Assembly (NCBI GenBank): GCA_013178045.1
Contig: JABLXP010000001.1
Span: forward strand, 15,937-79,936
Length of the DNA stretch: 64,000 nucleotides
Source: Bacillota bacterium
GTDB taxonomy: Bacteria; Bacillota; Ch66
Direction of reading: 5' to 3'
Shown here: positions 28,843 to 38,344 of the stretch, in pieces
Layout: every line of letters starts with the position of its first letter
Position numbering within the stretch: the first letter of the stretch is position 1
The notes under the pieces: generated by a model
What the model saw: only the letters and a program-made list of their open reading frames with translations
Told to the model about the DNA's origin: nothing
The model's database searches: none
Translations under genes and position numbers: made by a program

Positions 28843-29643
28843 GTGGAGAAACGTGCAGTAATCGGTGTTTTTGGTGGATCTGGTTTTTATCACCTGGCCG
28901 GTACGGAAGAAATCAAGGTAGATACCCCATTTGGCGCGCCCAGTGACAAAATTACCCTGGCGAAGATCGGCAATAAGCGGGTGGCGTTTTTACCCCGACA
29001 TGGTAAAGAACACCAGTTGCCTCCACACATGATCAACTATCGGGCCAACCTGTGGGCAATGAAAGAACTGGGTGTAACCAGGGTGATCGGACCGTGTGCG
29101 GCTGGCAGTTTGCAGGCCCATGTGAAGCCGGGTGATTTTGTAATCTGTGACCAGTTTGTGGACCGAACAAGGGGACGCAAGGACACTTTTTATGATGGGC
29201 CAATCACCACCCATATATCAACTGCCGATCCCTACTGCCCAGAAATGCGGGCTTTAGCCATTGAAAAAGCCAGAAAGCTTGGGATAACAGTTCATGATAA
29301 GGGGACGGTTGTGGTTATTCAAGGACCGCGTTTTTCCACCCGGGCAGAGAGCAAGTGGTTTGCCAATCAGGGATGGGAAGTAATTAATATGACTCAATAT
29401 CCCGAGTGTGTTTTGGCGCGGGAACTTGGCATGTGTTATGTCAATATTTCTCTGATTACTGATTACGACGTTGGATTGGAAGGGCACCCCGACATTTTAC
29501 CCGTTACCCATGAACAGGTGATCGAAGTGTTTAAGAAAAATAATGATAAACTGCGGGACCTGTTGTACGAGTTAATTGAGGCCATCCCAGATGAACCTGC
29601 TTGTGGTTGCTACAAACACTTACTCGCCGGACGGCTCGGCTAG
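28843..29643 (+). CDS. MTA-phosphorylase-family protein, paralog 2 (possibly methylthioinosine/5'-deoxyinosine phosphorylase)
   Basis: 266 aa with FGGSGFY, FLPRHGKEHQLPPHMINYRANLWAMKELGV and NMTQYPE. Confidence 0.8.
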   Translation: MEKRAVIGVFGGSGFYHLAGTEEIKVDTPFGAPSDKITLAKIGNKRVAFLPRHGKEHQLPPHMINYRANLWAMKELGVTRVIGPCAAGSLQAHVKPGDFVICDQFVDRTRGRKDTFYDGPITTHISTADPYCPEMRALAIEKARKLGITVHDKGTVVVIQGPRFSTRAESKWFANQGWEVINMTQYPECVLARELGMCYVNISLITDYDVGLEGHPDILPVTHEQVIEVFKKNNDKLRDLLYELIEAIPDEPACGCYKHLLAGRLG

Positions 29644-29651
29644 AGCTGGGC

Positions 29652-29849
29652 AAAAATAATGAGAAGATAATAGCTAGGACAATTCAGGCAGAGCGAAAGA
29701 TTTTGGCCTTTCCCGGTTCGCTGAACTGGGAAGGGTTTTTGTTTGCCTGGCAGAATATCTTGAACCCTAACGATAATGAAATTGGGGTCGGTTACGCAGC
29801 GGGCGGAAACCTGCGCTATTATTGGGCGCAAATGTTTATCAAACGGTAG
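29652..29849 (+). pseudogene. CAP/SCP (YkwD-like) domain remnant
   Basis: IQAERKI..L.W is fused directly to the family C-terminus AWQNILNPNDNEIGVGY...YYWAQMF. There is no signal peptide and no plausible start. Confidence 0.5.
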
Positions 29850-29852
29850 AGT

Positions 29853-29879
29853 AGGAGCAAGGCGATACGCCTTGCTCCT
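29853..29879 (+). terminator. 12-bp perfect hairpin
   Basis: aggagcaaggcg / ata / cgccttgctcct. Confidence 0.5.
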
Positions 29880-29977
29880 GGCTTGTAACCATTACTATGG
29901 CCGTCATTGCAGATAATATGTCTAGGCATTTCCATTTTGGATTGTATCTCGTCTGACAATAAGAGCCTTTACTTTCC

Positions 29978-30187
29978 CTACCGGCAGTGGCTTTTTCTCC
30001 AGGCGATTTCACAAATGCAGTCTAACCGTACGGCTCTCGGGTCGCGGACGTCGCCGAGGACCACATAGTCGTGTTTAACCTTCTCTAATATTCCGTTCAC
30101 CCGGGCTCCGTTCTTGAGCAGAAGTGAAACCGGGTCGCCAATTCGGCGCTTGAGAAAATGTTTAAAGTCTTTTTTGTGATGAGACAA
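29978..30187 (-). CDS. small hypothetical protein (possible Sm-like/DUF2642-type fold)
   Basis: 69 aa from a TTG that lies 7 nt after GGAGG. LLLKNGARVNGILEKVKHDYVVL resembles small spore-associated Sm-like proteins. Confidence 0.35.
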   Translation of the reverse strand: MSHHKKDFKHFLKRRIGDPVSLLLKNGARVNGILEKVKHDYVVLGDVRDPRAVRLDCICEIAWRKSHCR

Positions 30188-30328
30188 AATATCTCCTCCT
30201 TTTATCAATTTTGTCAAAACGGTTAATTTTTCTAGTGCAGTATATGTTTGGTAAAATGAGAATGTTACTGGTAACTAAGGAATCAAGTAGGAAACACAGA
30301 CAATAATGGAACTAGGGAATAGGATTGG

Positions 30329-31087
30329 CTAGCGAAGAACGGATAACAGGGTAAAGGATATAAGAGTTGAAGCCAGGGTTAGCCATCGCCTGTGCTTGAG
30401 GCCAGTGGGTAGAATAGTCGTCAGGACTGTGTACCAGACTGTACCGGTGGCTATACTCAGACTTAAGGAAAAGACGATAGCCGGGATGAGCGGAATTAAT
30501 AGGGTGAGGGTGGTGCCGGTAACCAATAGAATGCCCGCGCCAAGGCCAATCAGAGTCAACTTGAGGAAACTGGTTTGTAAAGCGCCAAAGGTAGTTCCCA
30601 GAACGAATCCGAACAATAAACTGTTCAACGCAATTTTTATTATTGAAGGAAGCAGAGTTTCCGGTACCAGATAAACACTTAAATACAGCCCCTCAACGAA
30701 GTAGAAAACGAACAGCGCCATGACTAGAGCTAAACTGGCAGAAAACAGACGTTTCGCGGGTCCAGGCTTAACCTTAAACTGGGTAATAGTGTCCAGCAGT
30801 AGAGTGCCTGCTGCTCCACCCAACATTCCGAACATGACTGTGGGCAGATTATGAAAGGCAATTCCGGCGGGTAGCCAATCTAGTAGTGTAATTCCAATCA
30901 ATAAACCACCAGTTGCCCCATAAGCCAGACTAAGGATAGACGGGTTAAAGATCTTGAGGGAAAAAGAAATCAGGGCGACCAGGAGAAGAATGGCTCCGCC
31001 CGTAAACGCCAAAAAGATATCCAAGCAGTATTCACTTCCTTTGCCGCTAGTCTTTACTGATATTTTTTGCAGACAATCTCTATTCAT
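30329..31087 (-). CDS. polytopic membrane protein, distant ZIP-family-like with degenerate metal motifs
   Basis: 252 aa with about 8 hydrophobic segments. FHNLPTVMFG and FYFVEGLY occupy the positions of the ZIP HNxPEG/HxxxEG motifs. Confidence 0.4.
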   Translation of the reverse strand: MNRDCLQKISVKTSGKGSEYCLDIFLAFTGGAILLLVALISFSLKIFNPSILSLAYGATGGLLIGITLLDWLPAGIAFHNLPTVMFGMLGGAAGTLLLDTITQFKVKPGPAKRLFSASLALVMALFVFYFVEGLYLSVYLVPETLLPSIIKIALNSLLFGFVLGTTFGALQTSFLKLTLIGLGAGILLVTGTTLTLLIPLIPAIVFSLSLSIATGTVWYTVLTTILPTGLKHRRWLTLASTLISFTLLSVLR

Positions 31088-31124
31088 GCAAATTAAACCA
31101 CCCCGCGAAAGTAAACAATTCCTG

Positions 31125-31153
31125 TTGACAGTAGATGATAACTTCGTTACAAT
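31125..31153 (+). promoter_or_regulatory. sigmaA promoter of ylxM-ffh operon
   Basis: Perfect TTGACA (31125-31130), a 17-nt spacer, then TACAAT (31148-31153). Confidence 0.6.
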
Positions 31154-31197
31154 ATTACCTGTTAAGTAAAAATCCTTAACACCTTGGAGTGAGGAAC

Positions 31198-31542
31198 GTG
31201 CTGGAAAAAGTTAGTCGCATGGCCTTGTTACAGGATTTTTACGGACAACTGTTAACCGATAAGCAGCGGCAGGTTATGGAATTATACTATGATCACGACC
31301 TGTCGCTAGGTGAGATCGCGGAAGAGTATGGAACCAGTCGACAGGCAGTGTATGATTTGATCCGGCGGGCTGAAAAGACGCTGGAGGAATATGAAGCTAA
31401 GTTGGGACTGATTGCCAAGTTTATGACTGACCGGCAGCAGTTGAGCCGGGTAGCGGAGTTGCTGGAGGAATTTCAGGTCAACCATGAATTCACAAAGATC
31501 GAAGAGATCCAGCGGATCGTGAAAGATATTTTAGCAAGCTGA
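31198..31542 (+). CDS. ylxM: UPF0122 HTH protein associated with SRP operon
   Basis: LLQDFYGQLLTDKQRQVMELYYDHDLSLGEIAEEYGTSRQAVYD is the YlxM signature. Confidence 0.8.
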   Translation: MLEKVSRMALLQDFYGQLLTDKQRQVMELYYDHDLSLGEIAEEYGTSRQAVYDLIRRAEKTLEEYEAKLGLIAKFMTDRQQLSRVAELLEEFQVNHEFTKIEEIQRIVKDILAS

Positions 31543-31579
31543 AACGGGCCACCTGACCAGGAGAAGGAGGTTGAGACAA

Positions 31580-32926
31580 ATGATTTTTGAGGGGTTAGCG
31601 GAGAAGCTGCAGGAAACCTTCAAGAGATTGAGGGGAAAAGGGAAATTGTCCGAAGCCGATGTGACCGAAGCAATGCGGGAAATCCGTCTGGCTCTATTAG
31701 AAGCGGATGTTAATTTTAAGGTGGTTAAGGATTTTGTCGCCCGGGTCAGGGAAAGAGCTGTGGGGCAGGAGGTCTTGCAGAGTCTAACTCCCGGCCAACA
31801 AGTGATTAAAATCGTTTACGAAGAAATGACGAATTTAATGGGGGGCACGCAGAGCCGGCTTAACTTAGCAGCCAAGCCGCCAACCGTGGTAATGCTGGTG
31901 GGTTTACAGGGGGCGGGTAAGACCACGACTGTGGGTAAGTTGGCCAACCTACTACGCCGCCAGGGACGCCGGCCTTTGCTGGTGGCGGCTGATATTTATC
32001 GACCGGCGGCGATCAAGCAATTACAGGTTTTGGGCGAACAGCTCGATTTGCCCGTGTATACCATGGGCGATAAGCAGAACCCGGTGATGATCGCGAGAGG
32101 TGCCTTGGAATATGCCCAAACCCATGGCCGGGATATTGTCTTAATCGACACCGCTGGTCGGCTACACATAAATGAAGAACTCATGGCTGAATTGCAAGAA
32201 ATCAAGGTCGCAGTGTGTCCGCACGAGATTTTGCTGGTGGTCGACGCTATGACGGGTCAAGACGCAGTTAATGTAGCGCAAGTCTTTAATGAGCAGTTGG
32301 GCTTGGACGGGGTAATCTTAACCAAGCTTGATGGTGATACGCGTGGTGGCGCGGCTTTGTCGGTTAAAGCGGTTACTGGTTGTCCGATTAAATTCGCCGG
32401 TATAGGTGAAAAACTGGACGCTCTGGAGCCTTTCTATCCCGACCGCATGGCCTCGCGAATTCTAGGGATGGGCGATGTTTTAAGTCTGATTGAGAAAGCC
32501 CAGGAAAATTTTGATCTGGCGCGAGCCAAAGAATTAGAGAGAAAAATTCGCAAACAGGAATTTTCGCTGGAAGATTTTCTGGAGCAGTTGCAGCAGGTAA
32601 AATCTATGGGTCCTTTAGATCAGATTCTGGGAATGCTCCCCGGCTTCGGCGGGATGAAAAAATTTAAGGCTTGGCAGCGGGAGATTGATCCTAAAGAGTT
32701 TGTGCACCTGGAAGCGATGATCAAATCAATGACGCCGGAGGAACGAAGAAACCCGGCGATAATTAACGGAAGTAGACGGAAAAGGATTGCCCGCGGAAGC
32801 GGCACACGCGTGCAGGACGTTAACCGTCTACTTAAACAGTTTGAAGAAACCAAAAAACTGATGAAACAGGTGTCGGAAATGAATACCGGCAAAGGGCCGA
32901 AGGGATTCAAATTTCCCTTTATGTAA
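31580..32926 (+). CDS. ffh: signal recognition particle protein
   Basis: GLQGAGKTTT, DTAGR, TKLDGDTRGG, and a Met-rich M domain. Confidence 0.95.
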   Translation: MIFEGLAEKLQETFKRLRGKGKLSEADVTEAMREIRLALLEADVNFKVVKDFVARVRERAVGQEVLQSLTPGQQVIKIVYEEMTNLMGGTQSRLNLAAKPPTVVMLVGLQGAGKTTTVGKLANLLRRQGRRPLLVAADIYRPAAIKQLQVLGEQLDLPVYTMGDKQNPVMIARGALEYAQTHGRDIVLIDTAGRLHINEELMAELQEIKVAVCPHEILLVVDAMTGQDAVNVAQVFNEQLGLDGVILTKLDGDTRGGAALSVKAVTGCPIKFAGIGEKLDALEPFYPDRMASRILGMGDVLSLIEKAQENFDLARAKELERKIRKQEFSLEDFLEQLQQVKSMGPLDQILGMLPGFGGMKKFKAWQREIDPKEFVHLEAMIKSMTPEERRNPAIINGSRRKRIARGSGTRVQDVNRLLKQFEETKKLMKQVSEMNTGKGPKGFKFPFM

Positions 32927-32989
32927 TTGATTTATTCTTAGCCTTGAATAAAAAGATGTTGAGGGATTAAGATAAGGAGGTGAGAAACT

Positions 32990-33262
32990 GTGGCAACGAA
33001 GATCAGACTTAAAAGAATGGGCGCGAAGAAGGAACCGTTCTACCGTTTGGTGGTGGCTGATTCTCGTTCACCGCGTGACGGTCGTTTCATTGAGGAAATT
33101 GGGTACTACAATCCGACCAAACAGCCCGCGATCATTAATATTGATGAGGAAAAGGCCATCAAGTGGCTGAACAACGGGGCACAACCATCAGACACGGTCA
33201 AGTCCCTTTTGCGCCAGGCTGGTATCCTCCAGCGTTTGGAAGAATCCAAAAAGGGAAACTAG
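32990..33262 (+). CDS. rpsP: 30S ribosomal protein S16
   Basis: [32 protein letters not shown]. Confidence 0.95.
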   Translation: MATKIRLKRMGAKKEPFYRLVVADSRSPRDGRFIEEIGYYNPTKQPAIINIDEEKAIKWLNNGAQPSDTVKSLLRQAGILQRLEESKKGN

Positions 33263-33292
33263 TGGCTAAGTTCTGAGGGGGTAGTGTTGGAA

Positions 33293-33523
33293 ATGAAGGA
33301 TTTAGTCGAGATTCTAGCGAAGGCCCTCGTCGACTATCCAGACAAAGTTGAGGTCAAACAGGTTGAAGGTGAAAAATCTGTTATCCTTGAACTTAAAGTG
33401 GCCGCAGACGATATGGGTAAGGTAATTGGCAAGCAGGGTAAGATCGCGAAAGCGATCCGCACTGTGGTTAAAGCAGCTGCTGCTAAAGAAGGTAAGCGCG
33501 TAGTTGTTGAAATCTTGAAATAG
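33293..33523 (+). CDS. khpA: KH-domain RNA-binding protein (YlqC/KhpA)
   Basis: MKDLVEILAKALVDYPDKVEV...GKVIGKQGKIAKAIRTV. Confidence 0.75.
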   Translation: MKDLVEILAKALVDYPDKVEVKQVEGEKSVILELKVAADDMGKVIGKQGKIAKAIRTVVKAAAAKEGKRVVVEILK

Positions 33524-33531
33524 GTATCAAG

Positions 33532-33951
33532 ATGGAAAAGGTTGTTGTTAAGCGACAGATTCCGGTAAAGGCTATCGTCACAGAAGGTCTTAAACGGAAG
33601 CTGGCGGCAGATGTTCAGGAAGCTATTAAGAAGCTCGACCTGGAACTTCAGCAGTTGGAATTTTCCCTCAAGAAGGTTCAGCTGGAATTAAAAGCTGATC
33701 CCCAACGACTCATGGCGGCTCAGCAGCAAATTACCACCGAGATCAAGAAACGGCAGGACACGAGAAATCAACTTCTCGCTAAACTCAAGGAAATCGGCCG
33801 TTTAAACGTTGGGGAGGAAGTTGTTCAAGGGTTGGTAGAAGGTCTGATTGAGGTCCAGGTGGGCGACCGGTGGGACAAAGTGATGCACATGGAAATTGTG
33901 CTGAAGGATAACGTGGTGGTGGAAATCAGGTCTCCTTTACGGGAAAGTTAG
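33532..33951 (+). CDS. ylqD: YlqD-family protein
   Basis: 139 aa with a coiled-coil segment, in the conserved position between khpA and rimM. Confidence 0.6.
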   Translation: MEKVVVKRQIPVKAIVTEGLKRKLAADVQEAIKKLDLELQQLEFSLKKVQLELKADPQRLMAAQQQITTEIKKRQDTRNQLLAKLKEIGRLNVGEEVVQGLVEGLIEVQVGDRWDKVMHMEIVLKDNVVVEIRSPLRES

Positions 33952-33964
33952 CGGGTGAAACACA

Positions 33965-34480
33965 TTGAAACAAGGACAATTGATCACAATTGGCAAAATT
34001 ACGACCACTCACGGGCATTTGGGAGAGGTAAGGGTGCTCCCCCTGACTGATTTTCCCGAACGGTTTAGCCAGCTTAATAAGGTGATGATCAACTTGAACG
34101 GGCAACTCCGAGAAATGCATGTCGCCGGGGCGCGGCTTCACCGCAAATTTGTCATCTTAAGGTTCCGTGAAGTTAAGGACATGAATGCCGCTATTGAACT
34201 GCGCAACGCATTGATCCAAATTGACCAATCTGAACTCGTTTCCTTACCTGAAGGTCATTACTATATTTTTCAATTGCTGGGGCTTAAGGTCTTTTCCGCT
34301 GAGGGAGACTATATCGGAGAATTGGTCGATGTCATCAAGACGGGAAGCAATGACGTTTACAGCGTCCGTAATCCTGCGGGTCTGGAACTGCTCGTCCCAG
34401 CGCTTAAATCGGTGGTCCGGGAAATCGATCTAAAAAACCAGCGTCTGGTTATTGCGCCCCCGGCTGGTCTATGGGATTAA
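33965..34480 (+). CDS. rimM: 16S rRNA processing protein RimM
   Basis: IGKITTTHGHLGEVRV N-terminus and a C-terminal PRC barrel. Confidence 0.9.
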   Translation: MKQGQLITIGKITTTHGHLGEVRVLPLTDFPERFSQLNKVMINLNGQLREMHVAGARLHRKFVILRFREVKDMNAAIELRNALIQIDQSELVSLPEGHYYIFQLLGLKVFSAEGDYIGELVDVIKTGSNDVYSVRNPAGLELLVPALKSVVREIDLKNQRLVIAPPAGLWD

Positions 34481-34507
34481 TTAGGTTAGTGGTGAGGAGA
34501 GTTTAGG

Positions 34508-35287
34508 TTGAGAGTTGATATCCTGACGATCTTTCCTGAAATGTTTCAGGGCCCGTTTGGAGCAAGCATTATTAAGCGGGCCCAGGACAAAGGTCTTCTG
34601 AAAGTGAATCTGATTAACATCCGCAACTTCTCCCAGGACCGGCACGGTACGGTTGACGACTATCCCTTTGGTGGCGGGAGCGGAATGGTGATGAAGCCGG
34701 AACCGATCTTCGCGGCTGTAGAAAGTGTGCTCGATCCCCAACGGCCTCGGCCCCACATAGTTTTAATGTCTCCTCAGGGCATTCTATTTAATCAGGCTAA
34801 AGCCGCCGGGTTGGCTAAATTGACTCACCTGATTATTATCTGCGGCCACTATGAGGGAATTGATGAACGGGTTCGTGAGGAGTTGGTAGACGAAGATATT
34901 TCCATCGGGGATTATGTCTTAACCGGTGGAGAATTGCCAGCGATGGTCGTGGTAGATGCGGTCGCCCGGCTGATCCCCGGGGTGCTGGGGAAAGTGGAGT
35001 CGGCCTGGCAGGATTCTTTTTCTGATGGGCTGTTAGAGTACCCTCAATATACTAGGCCGAGAGAGTTCCGTGGCCTGTCGGTGCCGGACGTATTGCTTTC
35101 TGGCAACCACGAGCAGATCCGCCGTTGGCGGCGTGAACAGTCTTTAAGACGAACCTGGCTTCGGAGACCGGATCTCCTGGCACGGGCTCTGCTTACTCCG
35201 GAAGACCAGCAGATACTGGAGCGAATCAAACAGGGTTCTCCTGGTCAGGAAGGAATAAATCGGCACAACCGGCCGGATGCGTGGTGA
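34508..35287 (+). CDS. trmD: tRNA (guanine37-N1)-methyltransferase
   Basis: [28 protein letters not shown], and [10 protein letters not shown]. Confidence 0.9.
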   Translation: MRVDILTIFPEMFQGPFGASIIKRAQDKGLLKVNLINIRNFSQDRHGTVDDYPFGGGSGMVMKPEPIFAAVESVLDPQRPRPHIVLMSPQGILFNQAKAAGLAKLTHLIIICGHYEGIDERVREELVDEDISIGDYVLTGGELPAMVVVDAVARLIPGVLGKVESAWQDSFSDGLLEYPQYTRPREFRGLSVPDVLLSGNHEQIRRWRREQSLRRTWLRRPDLLARALLTPEDQQILERIKQGSPGQEGINRHNRPDAW

Positions 35288-35295
35288 CAAGAGAC

Positions 35296-35874
35296 ATGGA
35301 GCGCTCAAGGGTATTTATCAGTTTGGTTCACTACCCGGTCTATAACAAAAAAATGGAAGTGATCGCGACTTCCATCACCAATCTTGATCTCCACGATATC
35401 TCGCGGGTAACGGCAACGTACGGACTAGAACGCTATTATGTTATTCACCCTCATCAGGTCCAACGAGAATTAGCCCAGGAGATCGTGACTTACTGGCAGG
35501 TGGGCTTTGGTGCGCAATACAATCCCGACCGGCGTCAGGCTTTTGGTTTTTTGCGCCTTGTTTCTTCGATTGAGGAGGCGATAACCGATATCGCGACAGA
35601 ATATCAGCAGCCGGTTCAGGTGATCGTTACTGATGCCCGAACTTACCCGAACTCGATTAGTTATATAGAAATGCGGCAGCGCATTGAGAATATTCCCGGG
35701 TGCTATCTCCTGGTTTTCGGCACTGGCTGGGGGTTAACCAGGGAATTTATGGCGCAAGCCGATTATATTTTAGAGCCCATCTATGGTCGGGCTGAATACA
35801 ACCACCTGTCTGTGCGCAGCGCGGTGGCCATTATTGTTGACCGTCTGTGTGGTAGCAATTGGTGGCAGTCTTGA
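35296..35874 (+). CDS. predicted SPOUT-type RNA methyltransferase (PF09936-like) linked to trmD
   Basis: About 192 aa. FISLVHYPVYNK...TNLDLHDISR...NHLSVRSAVAIIVDRL resembles the trmD-adjacent family seen in Thermotogae and Clostridia. The assignment is from memory and not computed. Confidence 0.45.
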   Translation: MERSRVFISLVHYPVYNKKMEVIATSITNLDLHDISRVTATYGLERYYVIHPHQVQRELAQEIVTYWQVGFGAQYNPDRRQAFGFLRLVSSIEEAITDIATEYQQPVQVIVTDARTYPNSISYIEMRQRIENIPGCYLLVFGTGWGLTREFMAQADYILEPIYGRAEYNHLSVRSAVAIIVDRLCGSNWWQS

Positions 35875-35899
35875 GTTTTGATCTGGCGTATGCTATAAT
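35871..35899 (+). promoter_or_regulatory. sigmaA promoter (extended -10) for rplS
   Basis: TTGAGT (35871-35876), a 17-nt spacer, then TGcTATAAT (TATAAT at 35894-35899). Confidence 0.6.
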
Positions 35900-35997
35900 A
35901 TCAACCGTGTTACATGTATAGTTTCTGGGAAACAAGGACGGTCCGCTATCCCAAGTATTGGATATGAACGTCATGACGGAAGGAGGTACATAGAAGA

Positions 35998-36339
35998 GTG
36001 GATCTGATTAAAGCCATAGAACAAGAACAAATGCGGAATGACCTCCCAGCTTTTCGACCAGGCGATACCGTACGGGTACACGCGAGAGTTATTGAAGGTA
36101 ACCGGGAGCGGATCCAGGTGTTCGAAGGGATCGTGATTCGGCGACGGGGTACCGGCTTGGGTGAGACATTTACTGTTCGACGGGTTTCATACGGCGTTGG
36201 CGTAGAAAGAACTTTTCCCCTGCACTCACCCCGTTTGGAAAAGATCGAGGTGGTCAGACAGGGTCGTGTTCGTCGGTCGAGACTGTATTATCTTCGTGAA
36301 CGAGTTGGTAAGGCGGCTCGGATTAAGGAAAAAAGATAG
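35998..36339 (+). CDS. rplS: 50S ribosomal protein L19
   Basis: [29 protein letters not shown]. Confidence 0.95.
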   Translation: MDLIKAIEQEQMRNDLPAFRPGDTVRVHARVIEGNRERIQVFEGIVIRRRGTGLGETFTVRRVSYGVGVERTFPLHSPRLEKIEVVRQGRVRRSRLYYLRERVGKAARIKEKR

Positions 36340-36352
36340 AGGCATAGATAAT

Positions 36353-36379
36353 AAGGGACTGGTATTCATTCAGTCCCTT
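36353..36379 (+). terminator. hairpin after rplS
   Basis: aagggactg / 9-nt loop / cagtccctt. Confidence 0.5.
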
Positions 36380-36458
36380 AACAACATTTAACCCTGTTAA
36401 CCCTGTGTACCATGGTGTTGTTGCGTGGTTTTCATGATGATGGTAGGTGAAAAATAGT

Positions 36459-37340
36459 ATGGAGGTTCAGTGGTACCCAGGCCACATGGTTAAGGCCAAG
36501 CAACTGATTCAGGAGAACCTGAAGTTGGTTGATCTGGTCATTGAATTGGTGGACGCGCGTATTCCTGCCAGCAGCCGTAACCCCGATCTGGAGCGTCTGG
36601 TGGGAAACAAACCGCGGATGCTGATCATGAACAAAGAAGATCTGGCTGATCCCATAAAGACAGGTGCCTGGTGTAACTACTTTAAGCGGCAGGGGTTACC
36701 GACGGTAGTGGTCAACTCTCTGATTGGCTCCGGCCTGCGTCAGGTCAGTACGACGGCTAATCACCTGGCTGAGGAGAAAATGCGGGCCTTAATGGCCAAG
36801 GGACGTCGGCCAAGAGCAGTCCGTGTCATGGTGGTGGGTATACCTAATGTCGGAAAATCGGCTTTTATCAATGCCCTGACGGGTAGATCGGTAACCCAAA
36901 CAGGGGACAAACCGGGTGTTACCCGGGGAAAACAGTGGATTCGTTTAAGTGACGACCTTGAACTTCTAGATACACCGGGGATCCTCTGGCCCAAATTTGA
37001 TGACCCGGAGGTTGGCTTTAAACTGGCGGTGACCGGGGCGGTTAGTGACCTGGTCTACGATGTTGAAGAGGTTGGTTTGCAGCTGATTGACCTGCTCAGC
37101 CGGATTGCTCCCCAGGCCATCCTGGAACGGTATCGCCTGGCTGAGGTGAAAGAAGATCCACGAGAGACTTTGCTAGAGATCGGACGCCGACGTGGCTTTT
37201 TACAGACGGGCGGCGTGGTGGACTCAGTCAAATCAGCCTATCTGATCTTGCAGGAGTTTCGAGAAGGGAAGATGGGCCGAATCACGCTTGATGATGTCCC
37301 GAAAATTGAGCCGGCCATATATAACCCAGAGGAGTATTAA
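36459..37340 (+). CDS. rbgA: ribosome biogenesis GTPase A (circularly permuted GTPase)
   Basis: VQWYPGHMVKA, NKEDL (G4) preceding GIPNVGKS (G1), and DTPG. Confidence 0.9.
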   Translation: MEVQWYPGHMVKAKQLIQENLKLVDLVIELVDARIPASSRNPDLERLVGNKPRMLIMNKEDLADPIKTGAWCNYFKRQGLPTVVVNSLIGSGLRQVSTTANHLAEEKMRALMAKGRRPRAVRVMVVGIPNVGKSAFINALTGRSVTQTGDKPGVTRGKQWIRLSDDLELLDTPGILWPKFDDPEVGFKLAVTGAVSDLVYDVEEVGLQLIDLLSRIAPQAILERYRLAEVKEDPRETLLEIGRRRGFLQTGGVVDSVKSAYLILQEFREGKMGRITLDDVPKIEPAIYNPEEY

Positions 37341-37350
37341 CCCTCTGGGT
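37324..37350 (+). terminator. 9-bp hairpin spanning the rbgA stop codon
   Basis: acccagagg / agtattaac / cctctgggt followed by tt. Confidence 0.4.
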
Positions 37351-37483
37351 TTAATGTTATATTTAATTCTTTTGTTATTTCCCTTTAACTTTGCAGGACA
37401 AAGGAAAGTTGTGCCGAAAATAGAAATCGAGACTTCCATCTGTATGAAAGTACCAGATGGTGGGATGAAAGCAATACTTAAAA

Positions 37484-38344
37484 GTGGTGAGCGTATTGCT
37501 GATTAACGAATTAACGGTAGCTGAACTCAGAAAAATGTTTGTGGACAACAAAGCGGAAATAAATTCAGAAATAATAGAGCTACTGAAAACTGACCCGCGT
37601 AAACAGGTCCGGGAGTTGCTTGCCGGCTTCCAGCGCCAGCAGGCTCGTCGTCAACAGGAGAACAGCCGTCTGCGTAAGTTGTTTATCTATGAGCGTCAGC
37701 TTTGGAACAATAACTGTCAGCTGGTGGCCGGGGTGGATGAAGTTGGGCGCGGTCCGTTAGCTGGACCAGTGATGGCCGCGGCTGTTGTCTTACCTGGCGA
37801 AGTGCAACTGCCTGGTTTAAATGATTCCAAACAGCTAACACCAAGGCAACGAGAGGAACTGGAAGTGCGGATCAAGGCGGTAGCAATCAGCTGGAGTTTA
37901 GGCTTAGCTTCTCCGCAGGAAATCGATCAAATGAATATCAGGGTAGCTAGCCTGCTGGCCATGCGTCGGGCGGTCGAAAACCTGGATGTGGCTCCAGAAC
38001 ATCTCCTGGTTGATGCGGTTCAGATACCCGGGGTTTTTCAAGCGCAAACGGCCATTATCAAAGGGGACCGCCTTTCAGCGTCCATCGCGGCGGCCTCGAT
38101 TATTGCCAAGGTTGAACGAGACCGGTTGATGGATTTCTACGATGTGCTTTTTCCTGGTTATGGCTTTGCTAAACATAAGGGTTACCCGACACCGGAGCAT
38201 TTTCGGGCTCTGGCCAGTTTGGGACCTTGTTCCATTCACCGACGCACATTTGCCCCGGTGCGAGATTTGCTTATGGAGGATCACTATGCTGCCAGTCTCT
38301 TTTACTCAGGCTCCCCTGATTCTACAGCCGTCAACTGTTCATAG
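37484..38344 (+). CDS. rnhB: ribonuclease HII
   Basis: GVDEVGRGPLAGPV, DSKQLT, and ASIIAKVERD. The start is uncertain (GTG at 37484). Confidence 0.85.
   Translation: MVSVLLINELTVAELRKMFVDNKAEINSEIIELLKTDPRKQVRELLAGFQRQQARRQQENSRLRKLFIYERQLWNNNCQLVAGVDEVGRGPLAGPVMAAAVVLPGEVQLPGLNDSKQLTPRQREELEVRIKAVAISWSLGLASPQEIDQMNIRVASLLAMRRAVENLDVAPEHLLVDAVQIPGVFQAQTAIIKGDRLSASIAAASIIAKVERDRLMDFYDVLFPGYGFAKHKGYPTPEHFRALASLGPCSIHRRTFAPVRDLLMEDHYAASLFYSGSPDSTAVNCS

Noticed and set aside
35178-35193. TGGCACGGGCTCTGCT with correct GG-N10-GC spacing, about 100 nt upstream of the SPOUT methyltransferase gene
   Set aside because: It lies inside the trmD coding sequence within a housekeeping operon. I estimate about 0.5 such matches by chance per 128 kb of two-strand sequence. 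A sigma-54 promoter has no supporting context here.
35900-35997. Possible L19 autoregulatory leader between the rplS promoter and start codon
   Set aside because: I could not draw a convincing conserved stem by eye. A covariance-model search would be needed to decide.
37446-37470. 7-bp hairpin (ccatctg/cagatgg) in the rbgA-rnhB spacer
   Set aside because: The stem is short, the loop is 11 nt, there is no U-tract and no repeat partners. It is within chance expectation.
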